This document shows, one piece after another, positions 11,333-21,595 of a stretch of 64,000 bases of DNA (position 1 is the stretch's first letter; every line of letters starts with the position of its first letter). The position numbers were made by a program, and so were the translations under genes. Under the pieces are notes generated by a model. It saw only the letters and a program-made list of their open reading frames with translations. It did no database searches and was not told the origin of the DNA. Source of the DNA: an uncultured Acidobacteriaceae bacterium (lineage in GTDB: Bacteria > Acidobacteriota > Terriglobia > Terriglobales > Acidobacteriaceae); assembly GCA_963785315.1 (NCBI GenBank), contig CAWAUX010000013.1:434351-498350 (forward strand), written 5' to 3'.

Positions 11333-12373
11333 TTATTTGGCGAAGAAACGGTAGCGGATATTCCAATGCCCGGTCTCGCCGGGTTGGACATTCACATGAA
11401 TGTAAGCTTCCGGGCAAATGGTGGTGTGGATGGACCAGAAGTTGAGCTGAGCGATGGGAGAATCGGAGGTTTGCTCGACGCCAACCCCTGTATTTCTATT
11501 CTCAACCGTGAAATCGTAATCGGCCGGGCTGTTTGAATAACCGGTCAGATAGCTGGAAACGGCCTGCCCTGGGCCAGTGCCCACTTCCTGGACATAGACA
11601 ATGTCTTTGCCGTCAATCTTGCCGCGTGGCTCCAGGGGCCGTTTTGCCTGGGGCTCAAAGGGGAAATGGACAGCCATTCCGGGGCCAGTCGGAACATTAT
11701 CGAGCATGAAGAAGTCGTGGTCGTAGACTTCTGTGTCGATTGCCTTGGTGCCTGTGTTCTTGATGTGGTGCTCGAGTGTGAGAATCGGCTGGTGTTTATC
11801 GAGCTTGAGCGTCTTCTCATAGACATACGCGTAGCCCATGGGCGACTGCAGAGTCTGGGTGAAGGTCACCTGGTCCTTCTTGACCCGAACCTTCCATTTG
11901 CCCAAATCGACAATGGGATAGTGGAAGCCGAACTTGTACGGCGAATCATCCACTTTGCGCAGGACACCGACTCCCGGCTTGAGGAAGAGTTCACCCGGTT
12001 TCGCTTCGTTGTAGTTGATGGAGCTGAGACCGTCGCTGGAGCGAAATTCTTCTACCGGGCCGGTGATGGCATCGTTGATCAATGGATCGTAGTGATTGAA
12101 CCAAACTCCAAAATAAGTGTGGCCTTTGTAAGTGAGGCAAGGAACGACGCCCGACCAATCGAAGCGTGTCGAGCGATAGTAGCCCTTCTTGTCATCGGGC
12201 AGATACACAACTGCCTGGACCGATCCGTTGGATAGGACGGCTTTGGGAAACTCATTGTTGATGATCGAGGCGCAGGGGGAAGAAGAGTCTTTAGCAGCCT
12301 GGGCTTGGGCCGCTGGAAGTGCGGCTACGGAAATGAGCAAGGCGGCCAGGAGCAAGGACCTTCTGTTATGCAA
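11333..12373 (-). CDS. secreted hypothetical protein
   Basis: Intact 346-aa ORF with signal peptide MHNRRSLLLAALLISVAALPAAQAQA. No family recognised. Confidence 0.6.
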   Translation of the reverse strand: MHNRRSLLLAALLISVAALPAAQAQAAKDSSSPCASIINNEFPKAVLSNGSVQAVVYLPDDKKGYYRSTRFDWSGVVPCLTYKGHTYFGVWFNHYDPLINDAITGPVEEFRSSDGLSSINYNEAKPGELFLKPGVGVLRKVDDSPYKFGFHYPIVDLGKWKVRVKKDQVTFTQTLQSPMGYAYVYEKTLKLDKHQPILTLEHHIKNTGTKAIDTEVYDHDFFMLDNVPTGPGMAVHFPFEPQAKRPLEPRGKIDGKDIVYVQEVGTGPGQAVSSYLTGYSNSPADYDFTVENRNTGVGVEQTSDSPIAQLNFWSIHTTICPEAYIHVNVQPGETGHWNIRYRFFAK

Positions 12374-12475
12374 TGCGATCTCCCTCAGCGGATCTGTTGT
12401 GGCATCCCATCGTAAACCTAGCAGGCTGCCGAAAAGTCTGCACTTTGGCAGGAAAACAATACCTCAAGGGCTTTA

Positions 12476-12671
12476 GAGTCTGCGTGAGAACGGAAGAGAA
12501 ACAGCAGGTCCCTCCGCTGCGTTACGCTCCGGCCGGAATGACAATTCTGTGGGACCATTAACTGTCATCCGCCCTTTTGGGGCCATTTCCCCTGCAACAG
12601 AATTGTCATCCCGGCCGGAGCGGAGCGCAGTGGAGGGACCTGCTGTTTCCCTTCCGTTTTCACGCAGACTC
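12476..12671. repeat. long imperfect inverted repeat (two 75-nt arms, 46-nt loop) carrying GTCATCC...GAGCG modules
   Basis: Arm 12476-12550 (GAGTCTGCGTGAGAACGGAAGAGAAACAGCAGGTCCCTCC...GGAATGACAATTCTGT). Arm 12597-12671 is its reverse complement with a handful of mismatches. Confidence 0.85.
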
Positions 12672-12694
12672 AATCCTTTACGCCCGGCTAAACG

Positions 12695-12866
12695 GGCTGC
12701 AAAAGACTCCGAGATCGAGTCCCGGCGGAGCCCGAGCGAAGGTTGAGCCTCGCGCGGTCTTTGAAGGGTACGGGCTTCAGCCCGTACGCAAATGCTTTGC
12801 AATGAATTCGGCTTTAGCCGCTGAGGCATTCCTTCCGCTCCAAATAGCGAGTTTTTCCGCAGCTTG
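12695..12866. repeat. MITE-like palindromic unit of the GCTGCGGAAAA / GGCACGGCTTCAGCCGTGCC family
   Basis: GCTGCAAAAGACTC near 12697. Hairpin GTACGGGC-TTCA-GCCCGTAC at 12768-12787. GGCTTTAGCCGCTGAGG and terminal GAGTTTTTCCGCAGC. The same modules recur at 28887-28970 and 29451-29575. Confidence 0.55.
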
Positions 12867-15014
12867 CTAGGGGAGGGCATAGGCCACGTAGACGCCACCG
12901 GAGGGCTTCTTGCTGGTTTGCCCTCCACTGGCGGCGATCACAACATATTGTTTGCCGTCCACCATGTAGGTCGCAGGTGTCGCCAGGCCGGCAAAGGGTA
13001 GTTGCGTTTCCCATAGCAGCTTTCCCGTGTGGCTGTCGTAGGCGCGAAATTTCTCGTCGAACACAGTGGCCCCAATAAACAACAGGCCTCCCGCGGTGAC
13101 GACCGGGCCACCGTAGTTATCTGATCCGGTGGTGGGCATGCCTTTAGCCATCAGCTCAGGGTATTCACCAAATGGAATCTTCCACAGATACTTTCCGGTA
13201 TTCATGTCAATCGCGCTGAGTGTTCCCCAGGGCGGCGCGGTTGCCGGATAATCTTCGGGATCAAGAAATCGACGAAAGGCAATCGTCTTGTAGGGCATGT
13301 CGTTCTTGGCGCCATTGTCCGCTGCCTCCGCGGCTACCGGGGCGGCAGAGGGACGCCGCTGCTGCTGCTGCGGAGCCCTGGTCAGATAGTGCACAACGGC
13401 CTCGACCTGCTCGTCACTCAGGCTGTTGAAGGGCGGCATGCGGCCCTTGCCGGAACGGATAGTGGCGGCAATTTCCTGGTCGGTGAGGATACCCTCAATC
13501 CCACGCAAGGCAGGAACGGAAGGCGGCGTGCCGGCCCGGTTGATGCCGTGGCACATGCTGCATTGGTTCTGATAAATCTTTTCACCCAGGCTCCCCGGCG
13601 GAGGAGGAACCGTCAGACCAACCAGCCATGCTGTGTCGTTGGCGTTGACGTAGAAAACCCCGGTTGTTGGATCGACGGCCGGACCGCCCCATTCGCCGCC
13701 GCCGGCAAATCCCGGCATGTCGATGGTCAGCTTGTCCACGCTGGGAGGAATGAACTGCCCGCCGGCAATAAATGTATTGAACTGCTTGAGCGCCCAGGCG
13801 TGCGCTTCTGGCGTGCGGTTGGTCAGGGTGTCTGCTGTGACGCTCTGGTGGGTGTAGGGCTCCGGCGCAGTGGGTAGCCATTGCCTGGGCGATGTAACCT
13901 CGCCCGGGACATTGCTCGCCGGATAGGCCGACTCCTTGAGCGGGAAAGAGCGGCTTGCCTGTCGTGCGATCAAGGAGGAAGACAAAACCTGACTTGGTGG
14001 TCTGGGCGATGGCGTCCACGCGCTTGCCGTCCCGCGTGACCGTCAGCAGCGCTGGGGGCGCAGGAAAATCGCGGTCCCACAGATCGTGGTGCACTCCCTG
14101 GAAATGCCAGATGCGTTTGCCGGTCTCAGCATCGAGCGCAAGCAGCGTATCGGCAAAGAGATCGTCACCTACGCGATCGCCGCCATAGAAGTCGAAGACG
14201 GCAGAACCGGTGGGCACATACACGATGCCGCGTTTGGTATCGACCGTCATGCCGGCCCAGTTGTTTGCGGCGCCGGCATTCTTCCAGGCGTCTTTGGGCC
14301 AGGTGTCATAGCCGAATTCGCCCGGATGCGGGATGGTGTGAAAGGTCCAGCGCACAGCGCCGGTGTGCACATCGAAGGCGCGGACGTCACCCGGAGGCGC
14401 GGGATGGGTTTCGGGATTCTGTCCGCCCACGATGATCAGGTCTTTGTAAACCGTTCCCGGCGTGCTGAGCGAAACAGATTGCTCCTGGTAGGGTTCGCGC
14501 AAGCCTTTGCGTAGATCGATGGAGCCGTTCTCGCCGAAGCTTGGTATCAGCTTTGCCGGTGGTCGCGTCCAGCGCAAAGAGAAAATTGCGCAGAGGAACG
14601 AAGATACGGCTGTCATGGCCATCGGTCCAGTAGGAGACGCCGCGCGATCGGGCGAAACCTGGAACCGTTGCTTCCCACTTCCAAAGCAGTTTGCCCGACG
14701 CTGCATCGAGCGCAATCACCCCATGCGACGGCGTAGTGGTGTAGAGAACCTTGCCCACGATAATGGGCGACGCCTCCAAATCTCCGCCCGATTCTCCGGT
14801 GTCGTACTTCCACGCCACGACCAGATCTTTCACGTTGCTGCGATTGATCTGGGCCAGGCTGGAGTAGTGGTCTTGCGCGTCCTGGCCGCCATAGACGGGC
14901 CAGTCAGATTGCTGTGCGGACGTACCCGCTGCTGCACCGAATAGATTCTGAGGGCCCAGAGACGCAAACGCCCAAGCCCAAAGCGATCGCCGCGACTACC
15001 CGTTTTCTGCTCAT
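12867..15014 (-). pseudogene. PQQ-dependent dehydrogenase beta-propeller with inserted c-type cytochrome domain; at least three frame breaks
   Basis: ATG at 15014 after AGGGAG. The coding sequence runs through four frames: MSRKRVVAAIALGLG.. / ..QNLFGAAAGTSAQQSDWPVYGGQDAQDHYSSL...[10 protein letters not shown] / [17 protein letters not shown]...[10 protein letters not shown] / [15 protein letters not shown]...CSMCHGINRAG...VDGKQYVVIAASGG. Breaks at ~14975, 14552-14554 and ~13945. Confidence 0.75.
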
Positions 15015-15028
15015 GCTCCCTGTATGGG

Positions 15029-16177
15029 CTACGCTTTGACTTCCGCTTGCGCCCGATTCTTCAATGCTTTCATATACGCAAAGCCGTACGCCTGTTCAGG
15101 ATAATGGCCGCCTACGACAGTCGGCGTGTGATCGAGAATCACGATGCCGTCAAATTTTACTTCAACCAGGGCGGTCATGATCTTGGACATATCGTAATAG
15201 CCATTGTCCATGAAGGTTTCAACGAAGTGCGGCAGCGGCGCGCTGACATTGCGGAAATGGATCTTCCAGATTTTCTCCGGACCGAAATAGCGGATCATCT
15301 CCGCCGGGTCCTTATGCATGAGCGCAGGCCCGCCTTCGTTCCAGCATCCGCAACAGAGACAGATGCCGACGTTGGGGCTGTTGGCAATCTCCATGGCTCG
15401 CTTGTAGCCTTCGAAATTGGCGAAGATGCAGCGTGGAACCCCTGCCAGTATGGGCTCCGGTGGATCATCCGGGTGGATGCCGATGCGGACGCTGTTCTCT
15501 TCGGCGACGGGCGCAACTTGCTTGATGAAGTAGGTGTAGTTTTCCCAGATCTCTTCTTTCGAGAACTCGCGGCCGTGGGAGAGCGGCTCGTAGAACTTTT
15601 TATCTCCCCAAATGCCCACCTTGTTGGGGCTGGCCATATCAAATTCTCTGGCGGAGGCGCCGCGGATGGTGGCTCTGCCGCTGTTCCAGATGCCGTTGCC
15701 CATGTGAGCGTAGGTGGTGTAGTAGATGCCGGCCTGGCCCAGGTTGCGAATGTATTGCTTGTATTCCTCGATCTTCTGGTCGCGGCCGGGCAGATTGAGG
15801 GTGACCTCAGGCATGTTGTGCACGCTGGAGTTGCCGATGTTCCAGACCGTGATACCCGCATCCGCATAGCGCTTCTTGATCTGCATGAAGCCTTCCGCGG
15901 TCCGCAGGTCGGGCGTGGAGGCTACGCTGACGTACTCGGCGCCCATCTGCTTGAGAAAAAGCAGATCATCGTCGCTGGGTTTGGCCGAGGTTTGCGCGCA
16001 TAATTTGATGCCCGGGGCACTTGGGTGCACGGTCGCCGAGGCGGGACGTGATGACGCAAAAACCCCGGCTGCGCTGAGGGCGCCGCCGACTGCCAGTTTG
16101 ACGAACTCTCTCCGGTCGGGGGTAAACCCGGTACTCGCTGTGTCCGATGTTTTCTGATCGGTTTCCTTCTGTCCCAT
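15029..16177 (-). CDS. mannonate dehydratase (UxuA) family protein with Tat signal
   Basis: Intact ORF. Tat motif PDRREFVKLAVGGALSAAG. UxuA-like IGIHPDDPPEPILAGVPRC and TIM-barrel-like layout. An alternative upstream start lies at 16261. Confidence 0.65.
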   Translation of the reverse strand: MGQKETDQKTSDTASTGFTPDRREFVKLAVGGALSAAGVFASSRPASATVHPSAPGIKLCAQTSAKPSDDDLLFLKQMGAEYVSVASTPDLRTAEGFMQIKKRYADAGITVWNIGNSSVHNMPEVTLNLPGRDQKIEEYKQYIRNLGQAGIYYTTYAHMGNGIWNSGRATIRGASAREFDMASPNKVGIWGDKKFYEPLSHGREFSKEEIWENYTYFIKQVAPVAEENSVRIGIHPDDPPEPILAGVPRCIFANFEGYKRAMEIANSPNVGICLCCGCWNEGGPALMHKDPAEMIRYFGPEKIWKIHFRNVSAPLPHFVETFMDNGYYDMSKIMTALVEVKFDGIVILDHTPTVVGGHYPEQAYGFAYMKALKNRAQAEVKA

Positions 16178-16312
16178 TTCACCTGTCCTTTTGAACGCGA
16201 CACCCTTTTGCAAACCACTATGCACGATAACGCTACCACTTCGCCACGCCTGCGCTTTCACCGGCTGCCAATGCTACACGACGACGACAACGCGTTAGAC
16301 GATGACAACGGG

Positions 16313-19300
16313 TTAGAAGTTTAACCGCAGAGCAAACTGAATGACCCGCGGCAGGTTGAGCTGTGAACTGATCACCCCGAAGGTGGCGTTGGACTTGTCA
16401 GTAGAATTGTTGCAGCAAAGAGCGCTGGGCTGGCCAAACTGAACCCGGTTCCACATATTGAAAGCTTCGGCACGAAATTGCAGATTGATCTGTTCGGTAA
16501 TCGCGGTGCTTTTGAAAACTGCAGCGTCCCAATTGGCTATTCCTTGCGTGCGCAATGTGGAATCGGTACGGCGCTCATCTCCGAAACCGTAATTCGACGG
16601 TGCAGTGAAACAATTGGTGTTAAACCAACCGTGCTGCCTGGAGACTGCGCTTCCTGAGAGTCTCTTCTGGCAACCGGGCACTACGTTGGGCCGCGGCTGG
16701 CCGGCGCCGAATTGTTGGCTGAGAAATGTTGGCTGCGCGGTGAATATCAGGGGAAAGCCGAATGCGTAGGTGGTGATTCCGTCGAGTCCCCATCCGCCCA
16801 CGACCTTGTTCACGACTCCACTCGAGTTGCCCAGAAAGCGCTTCCCTTGGCCGATGGGCAGGTCATAGACGTACGCCGCCACGAAACGCGAGGGAACGTT
16901 GTAGCTGAGCGGCGCATATTCGGCCTGAAGGTTGTTCCAATCCTGGACTTCTCCGGGTTGGACGGCTTCCTGGAATCCGGTCTGTGTATCAGCGGTACCC
17001 ATGTCCCTTGCCCAGGTGTATGTACCGAGCACCATCCCGCCCGAGGAAAACCGCTTTTCCACTTTCGTTTGCAAGGCATTGTAGTTGGAGCCGGCGGCAG
17101 TATTGGCGGCATTCCACAAATTGAAATATTGCGGATAGGGACGCAGGAGCTGGCCGGCAGGAATGGTCTTACCAGACAGGTTGCCGGTAGTTATCAGCCC
17201 GTAAAATGGGTTGGGAACCTGGACCGTCAGCGCCGAACCCATCGAATCATACTGATCGGGAATCTGGTCCAGACCCTGGCCGTTGTCGTTGAGGCCTGCC
17301 GGTAGTTGTTGATGGACTCCATGATTGCCGACATAAGCAACGTCTAATAGGGTCTGATGTCCGAGGTCATATTCCACATCCAGATTCCATTGCTCAGCGT
17401 AGGTCGCGGGCTCTTTCGGCACGTTGGTGACCACGGGTTGCCCATTGATAACGCTCAGATAGTTGGGGCTTCTTCCCACTGGCTCGAGGACTCCGGTCGG
17501 GAAGGGGTTGCTGAACGAATTAATGGGCACGGTCGTGGGATTGATCTGAGTAAATGCGAGGTTGACCGCGGCTTGATAGGGCTGCGCATCCTGCTGCAGA
17601 TTGGCAGTCGGAGCAAAGAGGATGGAGAAGCCGCTGCGGACCACCAAGCTGGGGGTTAGCCGATAGGCGAGGCCCAGGCGCGGCGAGAACAAGTCGTAGT
17701 GAGGCAGTACGTTGGTGCGATGAGGATAAGCCGGAGTATTTACCAGATCCACGTTGCCCGTAAGGTTCAATCCCGTGGGTCCGGCCAGCGGGTTCGCGCC
17801 GTTTGCCAAGAAGACTGCCTGACGATCATGCCGTTCTGTCCAGTAGCCCGGATATTCCCAGCGCAGACCGTAGTTGAGCACCAATTTGTTAGTGGCCTGG
17901 AAACTATCACCGACATAGAGGCCGCCGTAATAGGTCACGGAGGCGGGGATAATCGCCAGTTCGTTTACTGTAGTTTGCGGTAAGCCCAGGAGGAAGGAGG
18001 CAAATGGATTACCGGTAAAAGCGCTGGTAAAGCCAAACGCTTCCACCTGGGTGGAGTTGGTCTGCCCGTAGTTGTTGGGTGCGCGGCGGAACTCTCCCCC
18101 GAACCGGATAGTATGCCGTCCGTAGATCATGGTATCGCTTCCCGAGATGGCATAGTTTTCTTCGGTTACGAAGATTTGTTGGCCGCCGCCGCCATTGACG
18201 GATAATCCGGAGACCGCGACGCGGGGAATGACCGGGCCGCAACAATTTGATCCCAGTGCGGCGATGGTCGCCGCTGGCCAGCCGGTGAACGAGAGATCAA
18301 ATGGGATACCCGTGGCGCCAGTAAAACTGGTGTCGCGAAAATAGGAAAGACGAAAATCCAGAATTTTGGTCGGGCTGACAGTGATGCTGTCTCCGAGCAC
18401 GACCTGCTGCACCGCGTTATGGCCTGTCGAAGGGTTGGGCAGATAACCATAGGGTAAGGCACTGGGATTCAAGGAATGGTGGTACGTGTAGCGGCCGAAA
18501 ATGCGCTGCTTCTCACTTGCATTCCAGTCGAGCCGCGCAATGTACTGATTCAACGCCGGCTTGGTGGTGGCGTTCACGCTGTAATTGTTGACAGTTCCCG
18601 GTCCATTCGGTGGCGCCCACCATTTGAACATCGCCGCGGCTGTGGGGTTGATCCGGTTTTGGGGAATGGTGTTATTGGGGAAAACCGTACCCGGCGGAGC
18701 GGGGATAAAGTTACCGTTGGCGTCAAATTGACCCGGGTCCTTGATAGGCGTCGAGCTGGTGATGACGCCCGACTCCATGGCTGCGGTGGGCACAGAGTAG
18801 GTGGTGGAGGCGCCGATGGCCGCGCGGATACCCTCGTAGCTGCCAAAGAAGAATATCTTATCCTTCTTGATCGGGCCCCCAACGGTTCCACCGAACTCAT
18901 TTTGAATCAGGACAGGCCGCTTCAAATGTGCCTGAATGTTGAAGAAGTTGTTGGCATTCAGCACCGTGTTGCGCAGAAAGTCGAAGGCAGTGCCGTGGAA
19001 AGCATTGGATCCGCTCTTGGTCACCATGGTGACCACGCCGTTCGTGGTGCCGCCGAATTCCGGCCCAATCGCGTTTCCTTCGACGCGGAACTCCTGTATG
19101 GAATCTTGCGATGGTATATACGAAATCGCGTTAATGTAGCCGTTATTGATGGGACCGCCATCGATGAATTGCGCGCCGGTGTTGGGGATGCCTCCGGAAA
19201 TTTGATAGTTTCCGGTAGAAAACCCGTTGCCGTTCATTCCCGATACAGCGTTGCTGGCTTGGGTTCCACCCTGGGGCACAACCCCTGGAGAGATGGCGAG

Positions 19301-19798
19301 AAGGTTAAAAATATTTCGGCCATTCAGAGGCAACTCAGTCACAGCTCTGCCCGCGACCACCTGGCCAATGGTGGCTTGTTGCGTTTCAACCAGAGGGGCC
19401 TGTGCCGTTACCTGGACGGTCTCGCTTATGTTTCCCAATTCCAGCGAGGCGTCCACGCGCGTGGAACCCTGCACCTGCACGACAACGTTGGTGCGGATGA
19501 AGTGCTTGAAACCACTGTTCTCAATGTCGACCTTGTAATTCCCGGGTATCAGGTTGACAAACTGGTAGTCACCATTGGAATTGGTGGTGGCAGTGCGGCG
19601 ATCGCCGGTATCGACATTTGTTAATGTAACCGCCGCCCCGCTGACGACTGCACCCGTATTGTCAGTGACGGTTCCCACAGCGGACCCGGATGTTTGTTGC
19701 GCCCGGAGCGCCGCAGTGGCAAGTAGTAGAAGACAAAGCAGGCTGACTAGCCTATAGACGAGGGACTTTCTACGAATTGAGATCTGAAGCAAATGCAT
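16313..19798 (-). CDS. TonB-dependent receptor (CarboxypepD_reg-like N-domain, plug, 22-strand barrel)
   Basis: Intact ~1160-aa ORF. Signal peptide then SAVGTVTDNTGAVVSGAAVTLTNVDTGDRRTATTNSNGDYQFVNLIPGNYKV. C-terminal ...RVIQFALRLNF. Confidence 0.85.
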   Translation of the reverse strand: MHLLQISIRRKSLVYRLVSLLCLLLLATAALRAQQTSGSAVGTVTDNTGAVVSGAAVTLTNVDTGDRRTATTNSNGDYQFVNLIPGNYKVDIENSGFKHFIRTNVVVQVQGSTRVDASLELGNISETVQVTAQAPLVETQQATIGQVVAGRAVTELPLNGRNIFNLLAISPGVVPQGGTQASNAVSGMNGNGFSTGNYQISGGIPNTGAQFIDGGPINNGYINAISYIPSQDSIQEFRVEGNAIGPEFGGTTNGVVTMVTKSGSNAFHGTAFDFLRNTVLNANNFFNIQAHLKRPVLIQNEFGGTVGGPIKKDKIFFFGSYEGIRAAIGASTTYSVPTAAMESGVITSSTPIKDPGQFDANGNFIPAPPGTVFPNNTIPQNRINPTAAAMFKWWAPPNGPGTVNNYSVNATTKPALNQYIARLDWNASEKQRIFGRYTYHHSLNPSALPYGYLPNPSTGHNAVQQVVLGDSITVSPTKILDFRLSYFRDTSFTGATGIPFDLSFTGWPAATIAALGSNCCGPVIPRVAVSGLSVNGGGGQQIFVTEENYAISGSDTMIYGRHTIRFGGEFRRAPNNYGQTNSTQVEAFGFTSAFTGNPFASFLLGLPQTTVNELAIIPASVTYYGGLYVGDSFQATNKLVLNYGLRWEYPGYWTERHDRQAVFLANGANPLAGPTGLNLTGNVDLVNTPAYPHRTNVLPHYDLFSPRLGLAYRLTPSLVVRSGFSILFAPTANLQQDAQPYQAAVNLAFTQINPTTVPINSFSNPFPTGVLEPVGRSPNYLSVINGQPVVTNVPKEPATYAEQWNLDVEYDLGHQTLLDVAYVGNHGVHQQLPAGLNDNGQGLDQIPDQYDSMGSALTVQVPNPFYGLITTGNLSGKTIPAGQLLRPYPQYFNLWNAANTAAGSNYNALQTKVEKRFSSGGMVLGTYTWARDMGTADTQTGFQEAVQPGEVQDWNNLQAEYAPLSYNVPSRFVAAYVYDLPIGQGKRFLGNSSGVVNKVVGGWGLDGITTYAFGFPLIFTAQPTFLSQQFGAGQPRPNVVPGCQKRLSGSAVSRQHGWFNTNCFTAPSNYGFGDERRTDSTLRTQGIANWDAAVFKSTAITEQINLQFRAEAFNMWNRVQFGQPSALCCNNSTDKSNATFGVISSQLNLPRVIQFALRLNF

Positions 19799-19891
19799 AA
19801 ATGCCTCCAAAGATCGTGCAATGAACGCTGGAAAGCCCTGGGCCGCGATCAGTATTTGTTACTTGATTGTGCTGATCAGTTAGGTGCGCAC

Positions 19892-19949
19892 AACCTACGC
19901 CCGCTGCTGCGGGGTTGTCAAGCGCGTACCACTATGTGAACTAAGTGGT
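19892..19949 (-). promoter_or_regulatory. possible sigma-70 promoter plus 6-bp inverted-repeat operator upstream of the TonB-dependent receptor gene
   Basis: On the minus strand: ACCACT-n10-AGTGGT (19928-19949), TTGACA (19916-19921), an 18-nt spacer, then TAGGTT (19892-19897). This sits ~95 nt upstream of the ATG at 19798. Pattern match only. Confidence 0.2.
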
Positions 19950-20111
19950 GGTTCCCTAATGAACTAACTGCCTAACTACCTGATAACAGAGGCCAATCAA
20001 GCGCTTGGGGCAGCGCTGTAAGTAGCTCCTCGTGGCTCGATATCCGCGGAGTTACTGTGCGCCTGCTTCGGTGACTCGGTCGAGGCGCATGAAAAACTGC
20101 TTGACCGCTTC

Positions 20112-21401
20112 TCAGGCCACAGTCGCTGCGACCACCATTTCGAGGGTTCTGCGCACGCCCGTATCTCCATCCGTCGGACCATCGACAAACTGGTTGAAGG
20201 GATGCGGTCTCCAGTCGTCGCGCGAGGTATCCGGCGTATAGGTCAAAGGCAGGCCGGTGGCTGCGGGATCATAGGTCTCCGCGTTGAGGCTGGACATCTT
20301 ATAGATCACCATGTCCAGCGACGGAATAATGTAGAGGCCGAAACCTCCTGCGCCCGACTTGAAGAACGCATCGCGCGGCGCGCCGGCTACGTGCCCGTCC
20401 GTGTTTACCTCGTGTTGCAGGCTAAAGGGCGAATGTGGGTTGAAGGGCGAGGGCCTGCTCAGCAGTGCGACATACTCTCGCGGCACCAGTTGCTGGTTCT
20501 TCCACTTGCCTTGCTTGAGCAGCAGATACCCGAAGCGCAGGGCATCCGTGGAATGGAGAGCAATGCCCGCCGCTCCAGGCGTATGCGGCAGAGTCTCACC
20601 ATTGTGATGCAAGGCATAGCCCCACGTGCCCCAACCCAGTGGCGCCGCCAGTTTTTGCTTGATGTATTCCTGCAGCTCCATGCCTACCACCCCGCGCAGA
20701 ACGATGGAAGCTATGTGCGGATCCTGATCGTAAAGATATCCGCCTCCCGGGAGTGCCCACATCTTTCCGTGAAGCGTGCTGCCGTCCTGGTCAAGCACCG
20801 GGTCGGGTGAGGTCCAGTAAGGTATGTTGACGTTCTCGCCGTGGATGATTCCGGTCAGGTGGCCGGCATTCGGGAGCGCGGCTGGAAGAGGGGTCCGTGA
20901 GTTCTGAAGGCCGGACGTCATGGTGAGCAGGTGGCCGAGACGGATGTCTGCCATCTCGGGGTAGCTCAAGGGAAAGGCCTGCGGCAGATACTGCTGGGTG
21001 AAGACCTTCTGCGATAACCCGTCGGGAAAACGGCTGCTGTGTTCCGACAGCATGATGCCGCAGGAGACGCTGGTAAACATCTTGGCGATGGAATACATGT
21101 TGGGATTGGCTTCCCGGTTTGCTCTGCCGAAGTATTTTTCGTAGACCAGGTATCCATGGCGGAGAACCAATAAGCCCCCATGCTGACTGGTGGTCTGCGT
21201 ATATTGGAAGGCTTCGTCGAGCCTGCTTTTATCTATGCCGGTAAGGCTGCGAATTTCCGAAGGCTGACTCAACGTCCGCCAGCCGCCCTGAGCGTCAGGC
21301 GGAGGAAAGTAGAGATCGTCGCCCACAGCAGTGCGCGCTGCCAGGTTTAGAAGAGGGATAGCAACGGGAAGAGAAAGCAGTGTCCTACGTGTCAAGCTCA
21401 T
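20112..21401 (-). CDS. serine hydrolase, beta-lactamase/PBP4-like family
   Basis: Intact 429-aa ORF with a signal peptide and an SxxK motif (YSIAKMFTS) ~110 aa from the N-terminus. Confidence 0.75.
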   Translation of the reverse strand: MSLTRRTLLSLPVAIPLLNLAARTAVGDDLYFPPPDAQGGWRTLSQPSEIRSLTGIDKSRLDEAFQYTQTTSQHGGLLVLRHGYLVYEKYFGRANREANPNMYSIAKMFTSVSCGIMLSEHSSRFPDGLSQKVFTQQYLPQAFPLSYPEMADIRLGHLLTMTSGLQNSRTPLPAALPNAGHLTGIIHGENVNIPYWTSPDPVLDQDGSTLHGKMWALPGGGYLYDQDPHIASIVLRGVVGMELQEYIKQKLAAPLGWGTWGYALHHNGETLPHTPGAAGIALHSTDALRFGYLLLKQGKWKNQQLVPREYVALLSRPSPFNPHSPFSLQHEVNTDGHVAGAPRDAFFKSGAGGFGLYIIPSLDMVIYKMSSLNAETYDPAATGLPLTYTPDTSRDDWRPHPFNQFVDGPTDGDTGVRRTLEMVVAATVA

Positions 21402-21595
21402 CGTATCTCCACCGAGCAGAACATGTTTCTTAATCAGATTGCAAGCTGGCTAGCTGGTTTGACGTTGCGGCTACTGGATTAGCCTCTCGGCGAGGTTGTA
21501 ATTCCGGTACTATTCTGGACACACGGAGCGACGATGATGGATAAGGTCATCAGTTCCCTTCACGCTTCGGTCTGATGACTTATTCAGGAGGACCT

